Of a stretch of 64,000 bases of DNA, positions 1 to 13,969 are shown piece by piece; position 1 is the first letter of the stretch, and every line of letters begins with the position of its first letter. The stretch spans positions 62,001-126,000 of the forward strand of contig CAJNYD010000303.1 of the NCBI GenBank assembly GCA_905331295.1. The letters are read 5' to 3'. Below the pieces are notes generated by a model, which searched no databases, was not told the origin of the DNA, and saw only the letters and a program-made list of their open reading frames with translations. This DNA is from Rotaria socialis. Taxonomy: Eukaryota. A program made the position numbers and the translations under genes.

Positions 1-3000
1 ACTTCGACGTCCAAGAAATGAAGGTTCACAACGAATGAGCAGTAGTGGAGAAGATGTGCATAATTTCTATTTTGATTATGTTTACGATTGGAAGTAGGTT
101 GAACTTAATATGCATTACAACTAATTAATAATATGAGAATTTTCGCTAACAGTTCTGTTTTATTTTATTTTATTTAGTTCAAAACAAAAAGATGTCTATG
201 AACAAACTGCACGCGCACTGGTGGATTTCGTGCTGGAAGGTTTTAATGGTACTATATTTGCTTACGGCCAAACTGGAACAGGAAAAACATTTACAATGGA
301 AGGTACACCAAGGTCGATAGATATTTTTTCTATGAAATCAATCAAAATACTTTCATTTAGGTATTCGTTCACAACCGGATTTACGTGGTATTATTCCATC
401 ATCATTTGCACATATATTTGATTCAATATCACGTAGTACTTCAAGACAATTTCTTGTTCGAGCTTCCTATTTAGAAATATATAATGTAAATAAATTCTTA
501 TGCGAACATGTTAGAGACAAGAAAAACCTTTTTCCAATCTAGGAAAGTATTCGTGATTTACTATCACGAGATCAAAATAAACGTTTACAATTACAAGAAC
601 ATCCAAAAGAAGGTGTACATGTTCATGATCTAAGTTCATTTATTACGAAAAACTCTCCAGAAATCGAACATGTTATGACAACAGGAAATTTAAATCGATC
701 AACAGGGTAGATTACTTTTTCTTTCTGGTTTTATTGTTAATAAACAGATTATTTCAATTAGAGCAACAAATATGAATGAACATAGTTCACGATCACATGC
801 TATTTTTGTAATTACTGTTGAAAGCAGTGAGGTAATAAAAAGAGTTTTGTTTTTGTTTTTGAAAAAAGCAAAATTCGAAATTATCATTAGATTGGTGCTG
901 ATGGAAAACCGCATATTCGCGTTGGAAAATTAAATCTTGTCGATTTAGCTGGTAGTGAACGGCAAGCTAAAACAGGATCAACTGTAAGATAATAACTGCC
1001 TACATTGACACCTTGTGCTTATTTTTTTTTTTATTGAATTTAGGGTGATCGTTTTAAAGAAGCAACAAATATTAATCTATCACTTTCTGTACTTGGTAAT
1101 GTTATATCTGCACTTGTCGATGGTAATTCACATGTTCCTTATCGTGATTCAAAATTAACTCGATTATTACAAAGTAAAAAAATATAAATAAAATCATTTT
1201 CGAAACTAAACAAATCATTTTCTAGATTCACTCGGTGGTAATTCAAAAACTATTATGATAGCTACAGTTGGACCAGCGAATTACAATTACGAAGAATCTC
1301 TTACTACACTTCGGTAATAAAGATCACGGTTAACTTCTGTGAACATCTAAGAATCCTTTTATCTTTTTTTTGTCTTAGCTTGATCTAAAAAATTTCGAAT
1401 TCTATTTGTTATTAGTTATGCAAATCGAGCGAAAAATATCAAGAATCAACCGCGTATTAATGAAGATCCCAAAGATGCTCTACTACGAAAATTCCAAGAA
1501 GAAATTGCTCGATTAAAAGATCGACTGGAAAATAAAGGTAAAGGTGGTCGAAAGTCCCGTCGGCATAAAAATCGCGATGGCACTGAAATGGACAATGAAG
1601 CTTCCGATCAAGACGATGAAGAACTATTTCTTAAAGAACAACAAGATAAATTAAACGAGGACAAACGAACAATTATGCATAAGAAGAATATCAATGGTTC
1701 GTGAAATCCCTTAACAAAAGTCCGAATCTGGTTTTATTTTCATTGTAGAAACTGAACGTGAAGCAATGCTTCGACAACTCGAAGAACAAAAGAAAGAAAT
1801 CGAACGTGAACAAGACGATCGTCGTAAAATGCAACATAAAATTCTAGAAATGGAATCGAAACTGATTACTGGTGGTAAAGATATCATCACACATACGAGT
1901 GAACAAGAACAAAGTCTACGACAAAAACGGTTCGGTTTTTTTTTCTATTTTTGATTTCGTTTATTTTTTTCACAGAGAAATTTTTGATTTAGACGTCAAA
2001 TAGCTGAAGTAGAACGTCGTAATCGTGAAGCGCAACAACAATTACAACAACGCGAAGAAGAACGACAGTCAATGAATGAAACGTATACAAGTATAAAAGA
2101 AGAAGTCGAAGATAAACGTGCTAAACGAGATAAATTATCGAAATCACTTAAAAAATTGGATGCGAAAAAACAAGATATTATTGAAAAACATCGATCAGCA
2201 CGAGAAGAGCTCGAAGCTGAACAACGTGAAATTCAAAAGCAATCGAAATTATTTCAACTTATTATTGAAAATTTTATTCCGGTTGATGAACGTGAACGAT
2301 TATTAAAACGAATTCAATTTGATGAACAACAAAATTGTTTTACTCTGAAAGAATTATCAAAACAAGCGTAAGATATAAATAATCTATTTAATAGAAAGAA
2401 ATTTATTTCATTGTCAATCTATCGCAGAGATCAAATGGCCTCTCGACCATTATCAGCCAATGGTGATCGTCGTTCAGCATCTGTATATGCTCAAGGAACT
2501 ACGATTCCTGAAATAGCTCGTTTTAAAGTACGCATTTTATCATTGTGTTGCAAAATAGATTTATGTCCACTGATTATTTCAGGATGAAAATGTGATTTTA
2601 CTTCAACTTGATTTTCCAAGTCGAACAACCCGTGATTATGAAGGTCCCATGGTTTCACCAATGATACAAGCAGCTATTGAAAATGCTATGAAAGATGAAG
2701 AACATATTGAATTAGATGCCAAGTAAAATACAAAATGCATATTCTCTATTTTCATTTTCATTTTCATTGTTATTTATTTCTAGTACGATCCTATCGAAAA
2801 AAGGCACAAAGAAAAAGTAAACTTTTAGTTCTATCTTTCAAAGCAATTTTAACCCATAGATGTGTTTGTGCGTTACGTAGTTTGATAACTACATCTTACC
2901 TTCGCTGTAGACATGCATCGAATTTGAGTATGTCTATGGGCATTCTTTTTTTTTTGATGATTTATTCCCTATTGTGTAGGTTGAGCATAGTCAACCATGA

Positions 3001-3220
3001 AATATATTTTACCTTTGGGTTATTTATCAAAGACACACCCATACAAAATAGAATGAGTTGACATGATGAATATCTTCGTTGTACATCTATTACATATCCT
3101 CAGATTAAGTTCCTATCAATTTCTTTTAACGTTTTTTATCATTATAGAAAATCAAATCCAAATAATGGTGGCTATGGAGATATCCAAACTGGCCGTGGTA
3201 TGAATAGTGCTCGTCGATAA
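1..3220 (+). CDS. KIF3B: Kinesin-2 motor subunit, KIF3B-like; multi-exon, 5' end outside the window
   Basis: Spliced exons give P-loop [60 protein letters not shown], a coiled-coil stalk and tail motif [16 protein letters not shown]. Last exon 3148-3220 ends in TAA. Confidence 0.9.
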
Positions 3221-3835
3221 ATTTTGTAAAAAGAACAGTGAAAAAATTCGTTTGTGTGTGTGTTTTTTTTATTATTATTTCTGAAATATTGTAAAGATTT
3301 TACATATAAAAATAAATTCAATATGTATTGTCCAATCAAGCTTGAGCAAAGCTTTAAAAGAAAAATGGTATTCGTTTTTCCTTTTTTTTTTGTGCTTCAT
3401 AACGTTCTATTTAGTTCTACTGTCGACTGTGATTTGAATTGAGCCGACTGTCCTCGTTTAATCAACCAGTAAGTCTGATTTTATTAATCATTCAGTGATT
3501 GTTTACTTATTAACAAAAGAGATAAGAGCTAAATAATGATAAAGTTGAGTAACACAAAAACAGAAAAGAAATCGACATATACGATCTATCTTATTTAAAT
3601 ATTTACTGAGAAATACAATGGCTTGTATCCTCGAATGAAAAACAATGTACACATAAGATTTGTTCTTATAAGTCATTGGATCATTTTGCAGAAGAGTGTG
3701 TGTTTGTATATTTTACGCTTAAGTATTATTTTCATTCCTTCCTCTCGAAAAGATAAGATAAACATATTCAAGGACATACTACATACAATGAAAATACAAT
3801 GCAAGTCATATCTTTATTAGACACGACAAACAAAG

Positions 3836-5393
3836 ATGAGTACCAAAACAAATGGTGTTATACATAATAATAATTATGCTTCGATTCCGGATTTAATAGC
3901 TAAAAAACGTGACGGTCATGAACTGAACCCTGATGAAATTGAACAGTTCATATCTGGACTAACAAATGGTGATGTTCAAGATTGTCACGTAGGTGCTATG
4001 CTTATGGCTATTTTTATTCGAGGTACGAATTAATCTTACGATATTTCAACAACAAAAATTTAACGAATATTTTTTTATTTTGTTTTCTTAAGGCATGAGC
4101 GAAAAAGAAATATGTTCAATGACGATGAGTATGCGCGATAGTGGTGAGCGTTTAAAATGGCCAAACTATCGAGGTTCAGTTGTTGATAAACATTCAACGG
4201 GCGGTATCGGCGATAAAATAAGTATACCGTTAGCACCGGCACTTGCTGCATGTCAATTTAAAGTACCGATGATGGCCGGCCGAGGTTTAGGCATCACTGG
4301 TGGCACATTAGATAAACTCGAATCTATACCGGGTTATAAAACACAATTAAGCGATGAGCAAATTGTCGAGTTAATATCAACAGTTGGCTGTGGAATATTT
4401 TCTCAATCGCTTAAACTCAATCCAGCTGATCGATATTTATATGCGATACGTGATGTAACAGCAACGGTACCACATAATGCATTGATTGTATCGTCGATAT
4501 TATCGAAGAAATCCATTGAAGATCTTGATGCACTTGTACTTGATGTTAAATACGGAGTATCAGCATTTATGAAAACAGCTGAACAAGCAGAAAGCTTAGC
4601 TGAATGGTTGCATAAAGTATCGGAAATGCTCGGCATGAGAACATGTTGTTATATAACGGAAATGAATAATCCTATTGGATTTTGTATTGGTAATGCAATT
4701 GAAATTGAAGAATCATTAGATCTTATGAAATATAAAGTGGGCCATTCAAAAGATTTAGAAGAATTAGTTTGTGAACAAGGTAAATACATTTTAGTAAAAC
4801 TCATCAAATAATTTCTGTTCTTTGTTTTCGGGCGGTCGACTTCTTGTACTTACAAATAAAGTTCAAACGATTGAAGAAGGCCGAGAAATGATTCGTGAAA
4901 CATTTAAAAATGGTACAGCGTTAGAAAAATTTCATGATATGATTATTGGTCAAGGTGCATCGAAAACAATCGCTGACCAATTGCTTAGTAATGATGAAAC
5001 AGTTGTTGGTGCAATTTTAAAACTTGCTCCTATTCAACATAAAGCATTAGCACCACAATCCGGCTTTATTCAATCTATGGATTCATTCAAACTGGGCACC
5101 ATTGTTCAGCGTCTTGGTAATTGAAAATATTTTTCAGCACTAAAAATCTTCATTTTCGTTTTTAAGGCGGTGGTCGATTGAAATCAACGGATAAAATTGA
5201 TTTTTCCGTTGGTATTCGTCTATTGAAACATATTGGCGATGAAATTAAAGAAAATGAAGCATGGGCTATATTATATACCAATGACGATGCATCAACTCGT
5301 TATTCATTATTTTTAGATGAATTGCATACGGCAATTTGTATTAGTTCAACACCAGTTGCTCCATTACAACGTATTCATAAAATATTATTATAA
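3836..5393 (+). CDS. TYMP: Thymidine / pyrimidine-nucleoside phosphorylase, 4 exons
   Basis: Motifs IAKKRDG, VVDKHSTGGIGDKIS, GRGLGITGGTLDKLESIPG, LYAIRDVTATV, SILSKK, LDVKYG. Intron 2 (4780-4831) has a non-canonical acceptor. Confidence 0.93.
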
Positions 5394-5974
5394 TCTATAA
5401 TTACAAATGATTAAACATTTCCGTCTTTTTTTGCCCTTTATGCACAAATTACTTTCAACTGTAGATTTTTCAAAATAAAATTAAAAAGCAACAACAATCT
5501 TTTGATAGTATTTTTTGTTTATCGTCTATGATGACATGCAATATGTGTAAAAATAGCATCGCCTTTTCGCCTCTTTCCTAGATAATATACGGTCGTATGC
5601 ATCAGCGTTAAAACAAGTCACACACACACACACATCGTATAGAATGACAAAACTGAATGGAGTCAGAGCGAAGGTGTCGTACTTATCATTTACGTAGATA
5701 GACAAAGTTCGTAGAGAGTATGAATTTATAGTCGAATTTTTTCCGTTGTTTTTGTTAAAACGAATATCAGTAGGTTATGAGTTAAAAATACCTGAAACCA
5801 TTGTTTCAGTATGCTTAGTTAGGAAAAAACAAGGTAATAAAGCTATTATCATTGAATAATGCATTTTTTTTTGCCTGTAAAACTATCCACAGTATGCAAA
5901 TCGGAACATACTAGAATTATATTTATTAAAAAGGAATTATTTTTACTACAAAATAAAAATAGTCAATTATAAAT

Positions 5975-7023
5975 TTAATTGAAGCATATATTAAATAAAA
6001 TTTGTGCTATAGAAAATACTTTAAATGGAGGTTTATCAATAAGTATTTCTGTATTTGGATATGTATTTGTTAAATAAAATTTATCAAAACGAACTATTGG
6101 ATTGTTTGAATGAAGAAATTTTTTCCAACTTTCATTTGGAAATATTCCATGGCCGACAAAAGCTGATACATTAACAGCACCATTTCTTAGAACTGCGCCG
6201 GCACATTCAATGAGTGTACCGCCGGATTGAACTAAATCATCAATAATGATGCAATGATAACCTTTTGGATTCCCTAAAAATTTAAAAAAAAGAAATGTTT
6301 TATAATTGTCTATCGAAGAATTTCAAATTAGAAACCTTCTCTGATAGCTGTACTCCGTGAATCACCCTCACGAATTTTACTACAAATCACAACGGGATAA
6401 TTATGTCCATCGAACATGTGGCCAAATCGTTTATGAGCACCATCATCAGGAAATGCAATAGCATATTTTTCATTTTGATTTTCTGTTTTTTTTAATTCGT
6501 CCAATAATAATTCAACGGTTGATTCAAGTCGAACAATAATATTTGATGAAAAATAAAATTGATTTTGTAATGAATGAATATCGAATATAACAATTTCGCT
6601 TGGACCTGTACGTGTCAATGGTATCGCCGAAATCATCTGCGCAAGAGAAAAAGCCGTAGCAATTTCACCTTGAATTTGAATACGTTCCATTGTACCCGTT
6701 GGAAAATAGGGTAAAAGAACTTTCAACGATCGACAAAGATATTTAGGTAGATGATAAAGAAGCGAGATCTGCTCAAATATTGTCTGTGGATTGTGAAGCG
6801 AAGCTAAGAATAGAACATGACTATGACGTATTTGTTCTGAATTACGAATAAATATATTTGGCCAACTATCAGCAAACGTTTTCCATTCGATATCACCTAA
6901 CTCAATACGATGGTCTTTACTAAATGACTGAATTTCTTCAGCTAACTTTTTCATTTCACGAGCATAGAATAAAATCGTCGGAAAACCATCACACTCATCA
7001 ACCGGTTTCTTCTCCTCAGCCAT
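5975..7023 (-). CDS. Ribose-phosphate pyrophosphokinase, class II (plant PRS3/PRS4-like), 2 exons
   Basis: Exon 1 (7023-6336): LPYFPTGTMERI, GEIATAFSLA, IFDIHSLQNQFYF, IAFPDDGAHKRF. Exon 2 (6273-5975): PRPP-binding CIIIDDLVQSGGTLIEC, ending TAA. Confidence 0.9.
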
Positions 7024-7730
7024 CGTAACGAATGAAAATGTTTGAATGGGCCTTTTTTTAAGAAGGTAATAATTAACCTGTTCTTTTTCTTATTATTGGC
7101 TGTTAAAATATACGAAATAAGACATCTGTTAGCCAAGAAAATCCTCTTCTCTTGTGATGTCGCCAGTACTTATACACTTGACTAGATAAATTATGCATCC
7201 GTGTTTTATATTCTCAGATTCTAAATCAAATCATGCAATAAAATCTATATAGTTTTGAGTATGGAGATTAGTAAATAAACTTTAACAAACGTATAATCAA
7301 AACATGATCGGTTCATTCCACTTCATTTAGTTTGTGCGCTTTCTTTTGATTAAGTTCGCTTACTGCACTGACGAGTAGTCTAGTATCACGATTGAATTTC
7401 GCCATTTGTCATCATTTCGAATTCGATATGAAGGAAAAATTTGCTAAGCTTAAAATATAGGATAAAACGGAAAAAAATAGCGTTGAAACACTTTTATCAA
7501 ATAGGCAGTTCTAGTATTTCTTCATGGTTTACACCTACCTATACGGTCTATTCTGAATGACTCGACTACTTCTGCCCTCAACCGTCAAAATTTAAGTTGT
7601 CATGGATTCGTTCTTTTCTGTGCCAATAGAAGACGAAGGCGTTTATCTATCTCTCATGGCATGATGATGAAAACAAATTAGAAAGTAGAAAGCACTATTT
7701 TGTTATTGTATAATTGATTTTATTTGAATT

Positions 7731-10700
7731 ATGAGCAACGAAATATCAACAGAAATAACTAAACAAAATCCTCTACTTGATGAAAAAGAGCAATCAAAAG
7801 ATAATTTCGAACAGAGAACAGTACCAACGCTAGTTGAAGTACAGTCATTTTGTGGAGAATTTCATGTTAAAGTTGAAAATGCAGCCTGTATTCGTCCATG
7901 GTTACAATTTAGTGACACACATTTTCCGGGTAACCAAAAAGAAATTTATGGAAAAGAGTGTTCATTACTAAATCTTGAATTCTTATTTATAGAGAAAATT
8001 CTAAAGGAATTCGAAGAAAATGAATTCGATCTACCAACTCCTATTCAGTCTATAGCATGGCCTATTCTTAGTCAAAATCGAGATCTTGTTGGTATAGCAA
8101 GCTCTGGAAGTGGAAAAACACTTGCTGTAAGTTGAGGGGAAAAAAGAATTATATAATTTTTTTGAATATTAAAATTTAGTTTATTCTTCCTCTTATATTT
8201 CAACTTCGCAAACAATCTAATGATACTTCTATAGCGATTATTTTGACATCAACCCGTGAATCGGTACAAAATATTAATAATGTTGCTCAACCCTATTTTA
8301 ATCTATTTGATATCAAATCAATGTGTATTATAAATGGAGATGACCATGAAAAGCAAATTAATGAAATTAACGATGGAAAAAACGTTTATATATGTATACC
8401 AAATCGATTACAAGAACTCGTAGAAACAAAATTAATTGATCTTCAGCACGCTACATTTATTGTACTTGATGAAACCGATAAAATGATTGATTTAGGTTTT
8501 GAAACACAAATTAGACAAATTCTCGACATTTTCAAACCGACCACGTAAGTAAATACATGAGATTTTTCTTACGCAAAATTTTGCGACTGAATATTTTGTT
8601 TCTGTTGCAATAGCGATGATAAACAACAGCAAGTTCAAATGTGTGTATTTTCCACTAGCTCACAAAAATCCATAAAAACTCTAGCTGACCATTATCTAAC
8701 AAATTATGTTCATGCTAGTGTTGGCTATTTATCTGAACCGCATTCTTCTGTACATTTAAATGTTGAGCAAATAGTTGATTTTTGTCCAAATGAACAACAA
8801 AAACGACAAAATCTTTTTCGAATTCTCGATGAAGTCTGTGCATATGCACCAATGAGAAAAACTATCATATTTGTTCGTACACGAGATAAAGTGAATCGCC
8901 TAAACAAAGAACTTGAACAAAATGGATATAAAGCTTTAATTCTACATGGTTCATTAAGCCAACAAATACGAAATCAAGTTCTTAAAGGTTTTATTTCAAT
9001 AATTTTAAAACAACTTGTTTTTTGACTCTTTGTCCAATAGAATTTCGTGAAAATTCAAATGTACTGTTACTTACAACGGATGTTGCTTCAAGAAGTTTTG
9101 GTGAGTATTCGCAATGTTTTTCTTTTGTATTCGAATCAAAATTTCTCAATGATAGATGTTGATGATGTTCGATTTGTAATCAATTACGATTATCCAACGT
9201 CCGATGCTGTCTATAAACATAGAATTACACGGATAACAAATTGTAATATAGCATTTACATTTTTCTCAAACGAAGACGCTAAACATGCTCCAGCACTCTT
9301 ATATATTTTGGATAATGCTGGCGCTGTTGTTCATCCGATATTGCTTCAAATTGGACGAAAAAATGGTTTTAACAAATGGGTAGCGAATGTAGGAAGTAAG
9401 TTGAATTAAGAAAATAATCTTTTACTATGTCACACTTGGTTTCTATGTGACTAGTACCTCAATATCCGGTTTTTGAAAATTATGACAATTTTGATGGCGA
9501 TGGTCCAGATAATTGGATCAATGATGAAGATTTGCCACCGAATTTAATGAATATAGATTTAGGTTCATTTGATTCTAGTCAACTACGTCCAGCACCGGTA
9601 CCACTTCAAAATGCCAATGGAGCACTTAACGAGCTTGATGCAAATACAAGAATGAAAAATTTTCAAGATTACAAACAACGTTGTCAACTATTAGAACGTT
9701 TGACATGGAATGATAATCAAAATAATAATTGGTAAATTTTCTAAGACTATGATAGACGTTGTTTATAGATTTTTATTGAAAATAAAATTCATACGTTTTT
9801 TATTTTCAAAGGAATAATGGTGGTGGTTGGTCGAATCCCGATAATGAAAATCAAAATCAAAATAAAGTTGATACATCTCAGAAAAATCCACCAATCACCA
9901 ATGATTATAATCAATGGCAACCTCCACCTCAACCGCCACCTGAAACAGAAACCAATCCAGCTATCATTTATGCCAAAGCAAGTAGCGAATATCATGTAGA
10001 ATACAATCAATATACAACTGCATTACAACAAGCTATGCTTGCACAACAAGCAGGCACACAAATAACACCAGAACAACAACAATATTTGATTGTAAGTCAC
10101 TATTAAATCTTTCGCAACTATTTTGTTTTTACTATTATTTTCATTCGTTAGGCATTTCAACAAAAACTACAAGCTAAACAACAACAACTTCAAGTTATGC
10201 AACAAGCAGCTGCTCTAACAGCTTCAACACAAAATGCTTGGAACCAACAACAGACAAGTTTTAAACCGCAATCAACAACGGACCCTTCAAAAGCAACGAC
10301 TGACGCTCAACAAGCATGGATGCAACAATGGTTCGTATCGAAGTTCTATCTGGAGACTAGCCATATTCTATTTATTTTCTATTCTAGGATGAGTGCTGGC
10401 TATGACGCATCGCAAATTGCCGCCTATCAGCAATGGTATAGATTTCTCGTTTACTCCACTCGACAATATTCAATTATCTTTTAGGTATACACAAATGCAA
10501 TTAGCTGCATCTTTAGCAGCATCAACAGCTATATCTCAACCGCAAGCTCCAACTTCTATGTACAATGGAATTCCAGTGAGTAACAAATAATTTGTACTGA
10601 ATACGTATAGAATATCTTCTTGCTTTTCCGAGTAATTTATCTATATTAATACTAGACACGATTTAAAGAAACATCTATATTGAATATTGAATTGTAGAAT

Positions 10701-11467
10701 CATAATAATAACTTAGTCATATGTTAGTTTTGCGTCCTCATTCTTGTTTCTAGCATGGAGTGACTTGACCACAGACACACACACACACACATATATATGT
10801 ATGAAATCTTAATTAAAAATGTCGTATGTGTGAACAACGATCGATGATGGTGTATGGGATTAATGGCTATTGTTGTAAGTTTCTCAGTTAAGACAAATTA
10901 GAATTTCTTATTGGGATTTGGGTTAACCAAAAACGATTCTGAAAATCAATTTTTTCTCTCATGAAGAAACTTTAGTGCGAAAAATAAATAATCAAGTTAA
11001 GAAAGTTGAGCATAACCTTGCGTCTATCCTCCTCATTTTATTAGTGCCAGTTGCAGACCAATATGTAATACATACACACATGCTTGCAATCTATTCAATG
11101 ATCAACTATATACATCATCGTCGCATCAATACAACTGCCAGGTATCAACTCAAGTGACTCTTATTCTTAAAAGGAAGAAGAAAAAAAGCTTTTTTTATTA
11201 TTATTAAACTCTACCAATTAATTCATTTGATAATAGACTCGTTTTTTTTTGTTTTGTTGATAAATCAGAGCATTGACAAGAGGCGACTAAGTTATCAATA
11301 GTAGAATATTATTTTTAATTTTTTGTTAAATTCTATTCATTTTTCAGAATAATACAAATCAACAATCGACAGTGACTATATCCGCACCTCCGACTGTTTC
11401 ATCGTCAACAGCAAGTGCAGCACAACGTGCTTATGCTGCCTACAGCAATCGAGGATCAACGAATTGA
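7731..11467 (+). CDS. Divergent DEAD-box helicase (DDX5/17-like scaffold) with Q/N-rich C-terminal tail
   Basis: Q motif PTPIQ, motif I SGSGKT, II DETD, IV IIFVRTR, LHG, VRFVINYDYP, VI HRITRITN. A donor at 10576 joins in phase 0 to an open terminal exon at 11348-11467; alternative ends at 10590 or 10768 are possible. Confidence 0.8.
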
Positions 11468-13969
11468 TTTAGAACTTCTTCTGTTTTTTTCATTTACACA
11501 ATAGTGAAACATTCCTATGAGGTTCTCTCTTTTCCACTGTTGTGTATTCGAACGATTATTATTCTTCTTATATATTTGTGTATGGCGTTTTCTTTTTTCG
11601 TTTATATAATAAAAACCAAACGAATATGTGTGACTAGAATTGAGATCCAATTGTCATTAAATTCAGAGCAGTAACCTATGATAATAAAAACGAACGGACA
11701 AACTCAAAAAAAAAAACGAGAACAAGAGAAGAATTTGAGCTGCTTCTGAAAATGTCACATAGATATTCACTTCTACTGGCTACTGTCTTCTGCAATCAAG
11801 TTGTATAATAGAATGTCTGGAATTTGAGAAATATAGAAAAAGTTCAAAACTAAATATATAATGACAAACAATAACGATCAACAGTAAGTGTTTATAGATA
11901 TTATGAAGTCAAATTTCATTGTTGACGAGTTTGTTTATTCAAGAAAAAACAAGCATAGGCGGACACGAGTTAGCTCTGATTGTTTTCTTAGAGATTCATC
12001 GATTTGTGTTTTGTTGACTTTTGATTTTCGTGTTAAGTCGTCTTTACGAAAAATAAAGAAACGAACAAAAAAAAATCTTACTCAATTGTCTAATATTGTT
12101 CATCGGATAATTGAAGATATGTATTTATGCATGTTCGAACAAACAACAAATCGAAAGATCGATGATGGCACTCACATTAGATTAATTCCGCTTAATTTGA
12201 TTTATTCGATTTTTTAGTATAAGAAAAAAAATGTGGATGCGAAAATTTCATTATATTTAACGAATCGAACGTATAAGCGACTCTTCTAACAAGAACAATA
12301 CTCTCTCACTCCATTCTATCGGTTATGTTCGCTTAGTTAACATCGAATAGCGAATTATCGACACTGTTTACACTTTGTTGATTTGCTTTTCTGATAATTG
12401 AATAGGGAAATTGTATGTGTATATATATAGTGAGATGTGAATTACTCTTAATATGGGCGGAACAGTCGTCAATGAACAAGGAGAAAAAAAACTGTATCTG
12501 TCAGAAGATTGAGATCAAATATATACACATATATTCAGTTAGTTTAATCATTATTCAAGACTAGCAAAAGATCTGGCATGCAGACAACTAAAATAATGAG
12601 AACCATGTCAATAGAAAACACTATATCTATTCAACAGACAAAAAAAAACGGAGAACAAGTTGAGCATCATATGATAGTCATGGGACAAAACAGGAAAAAA
12701 TATTACATTCCTAAGAAAATTCGTATACAAAGAAAATCTTGCGATCTTCTATTTGTTTATTCAAAGAAACATCCTAATTCATTTCTCGGAGTTCGGTTAA
12801 ATCACATATGAACTATATTTTGAAGTTTTCCGTTTACTGTACAGTCTTGCATTTTTCAAAGGGCTCAAAACTATCGACAGTATTTTTTTCATCGCCGAAT
12901 TATCTCCGAGACTAGAAATTCTAACCAATCAATATGATTTATATTTTCTTCTCTTTCTCATTGTATTCTGATTGGTGAAATAGAAAATTTTCCCATAGAA
13001 ATTAGTACGGAAAAAGAACAGAAAAGAAAAAGAAGAGATTAGCCAATGTGTGAATAATCATTGAGTGATGATTGATTTGTCATTTTGTTCATATGATTGA
13101 TGAATGTTAACATGGTAAGTACGAGAATTCTAGTCTTTCTTTTTCTTTTTTTGTTGTTGGTTGAAATGAACAATTTTTCTTGCGTAATAACTAATGTCGT
13201 ATTATGAAATCTTACTTGTCCCTTCTCTCCTACGTTTTTCATTTATAAATTTAATTGATTATTTAACAACAATAACACATCTATGGAGTTTTTTTCTTCT
13301 TCTTCTTCTTCTTCTTCTTCTTCTTTCGTCTCACATGAGTATCGTTGTTTTTCGATCTGGCCATAGCTAATGTTCACTCAGGCATAGCCGAGAAAAAGAA
13401 GAAGAAAAAAATGACCCTTTTCCCTTCTTATCGTCGTCGTTGTCGTCGTCTTCGTTGAGTGAACATTTCTTACGCTAATAAGAGAAGACTCTTCGATTTT
13501 TTTTTTATAGATGCGTCTCAACCGATTAATTGTACATATTTTTACGTAAGAATTCTCTACGATAAAATTTTCAAACAAGAAAAAGAAAAAGATCTTCATT
13601 TTGTGCGTGTCTTATTGATCGTATAGACTCCCTGACGTGATAATCGCTCTGTTATATTGTTCATTTTATACGAAGGGCGGTAATATGAAAGTCTTTTAAA
13701 TAATGAAATTAGCTGCAATTGAGAGTAAGAGTATGAATAACAGGTGGTTGATGATTGCTTTAACTTGTAAGCAATCACTATGATGAAGAAGAGAAGAAGA
13801 AGAAGAAGAAGAAAAAAAAGGCAGAAAAAACTCTGTTGTCATACAGTCTTTTATTTTATTTTTTCTTGTTCATATCTAGATCGTTCATCAAAGAAGACAT
13901 TCAACAAATTATATTCAACAATCGTTGGCTACTGGAAAAGAAACTACAAGTCGAATTTTTCGTCATAGA

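Noticed and set aside
2911..2927. Possible cassette exon in the last kinesin intron
   Set aside because: 17 nt is frame-disrupting and the flanking exons join in phase without it; unsupported without transcripts.
13294..13813. (TTC)n and (GAA)n tracts in inverted orientation upstream of TOX
   Set aside because: Common microsatellites; flanks are not complementary.
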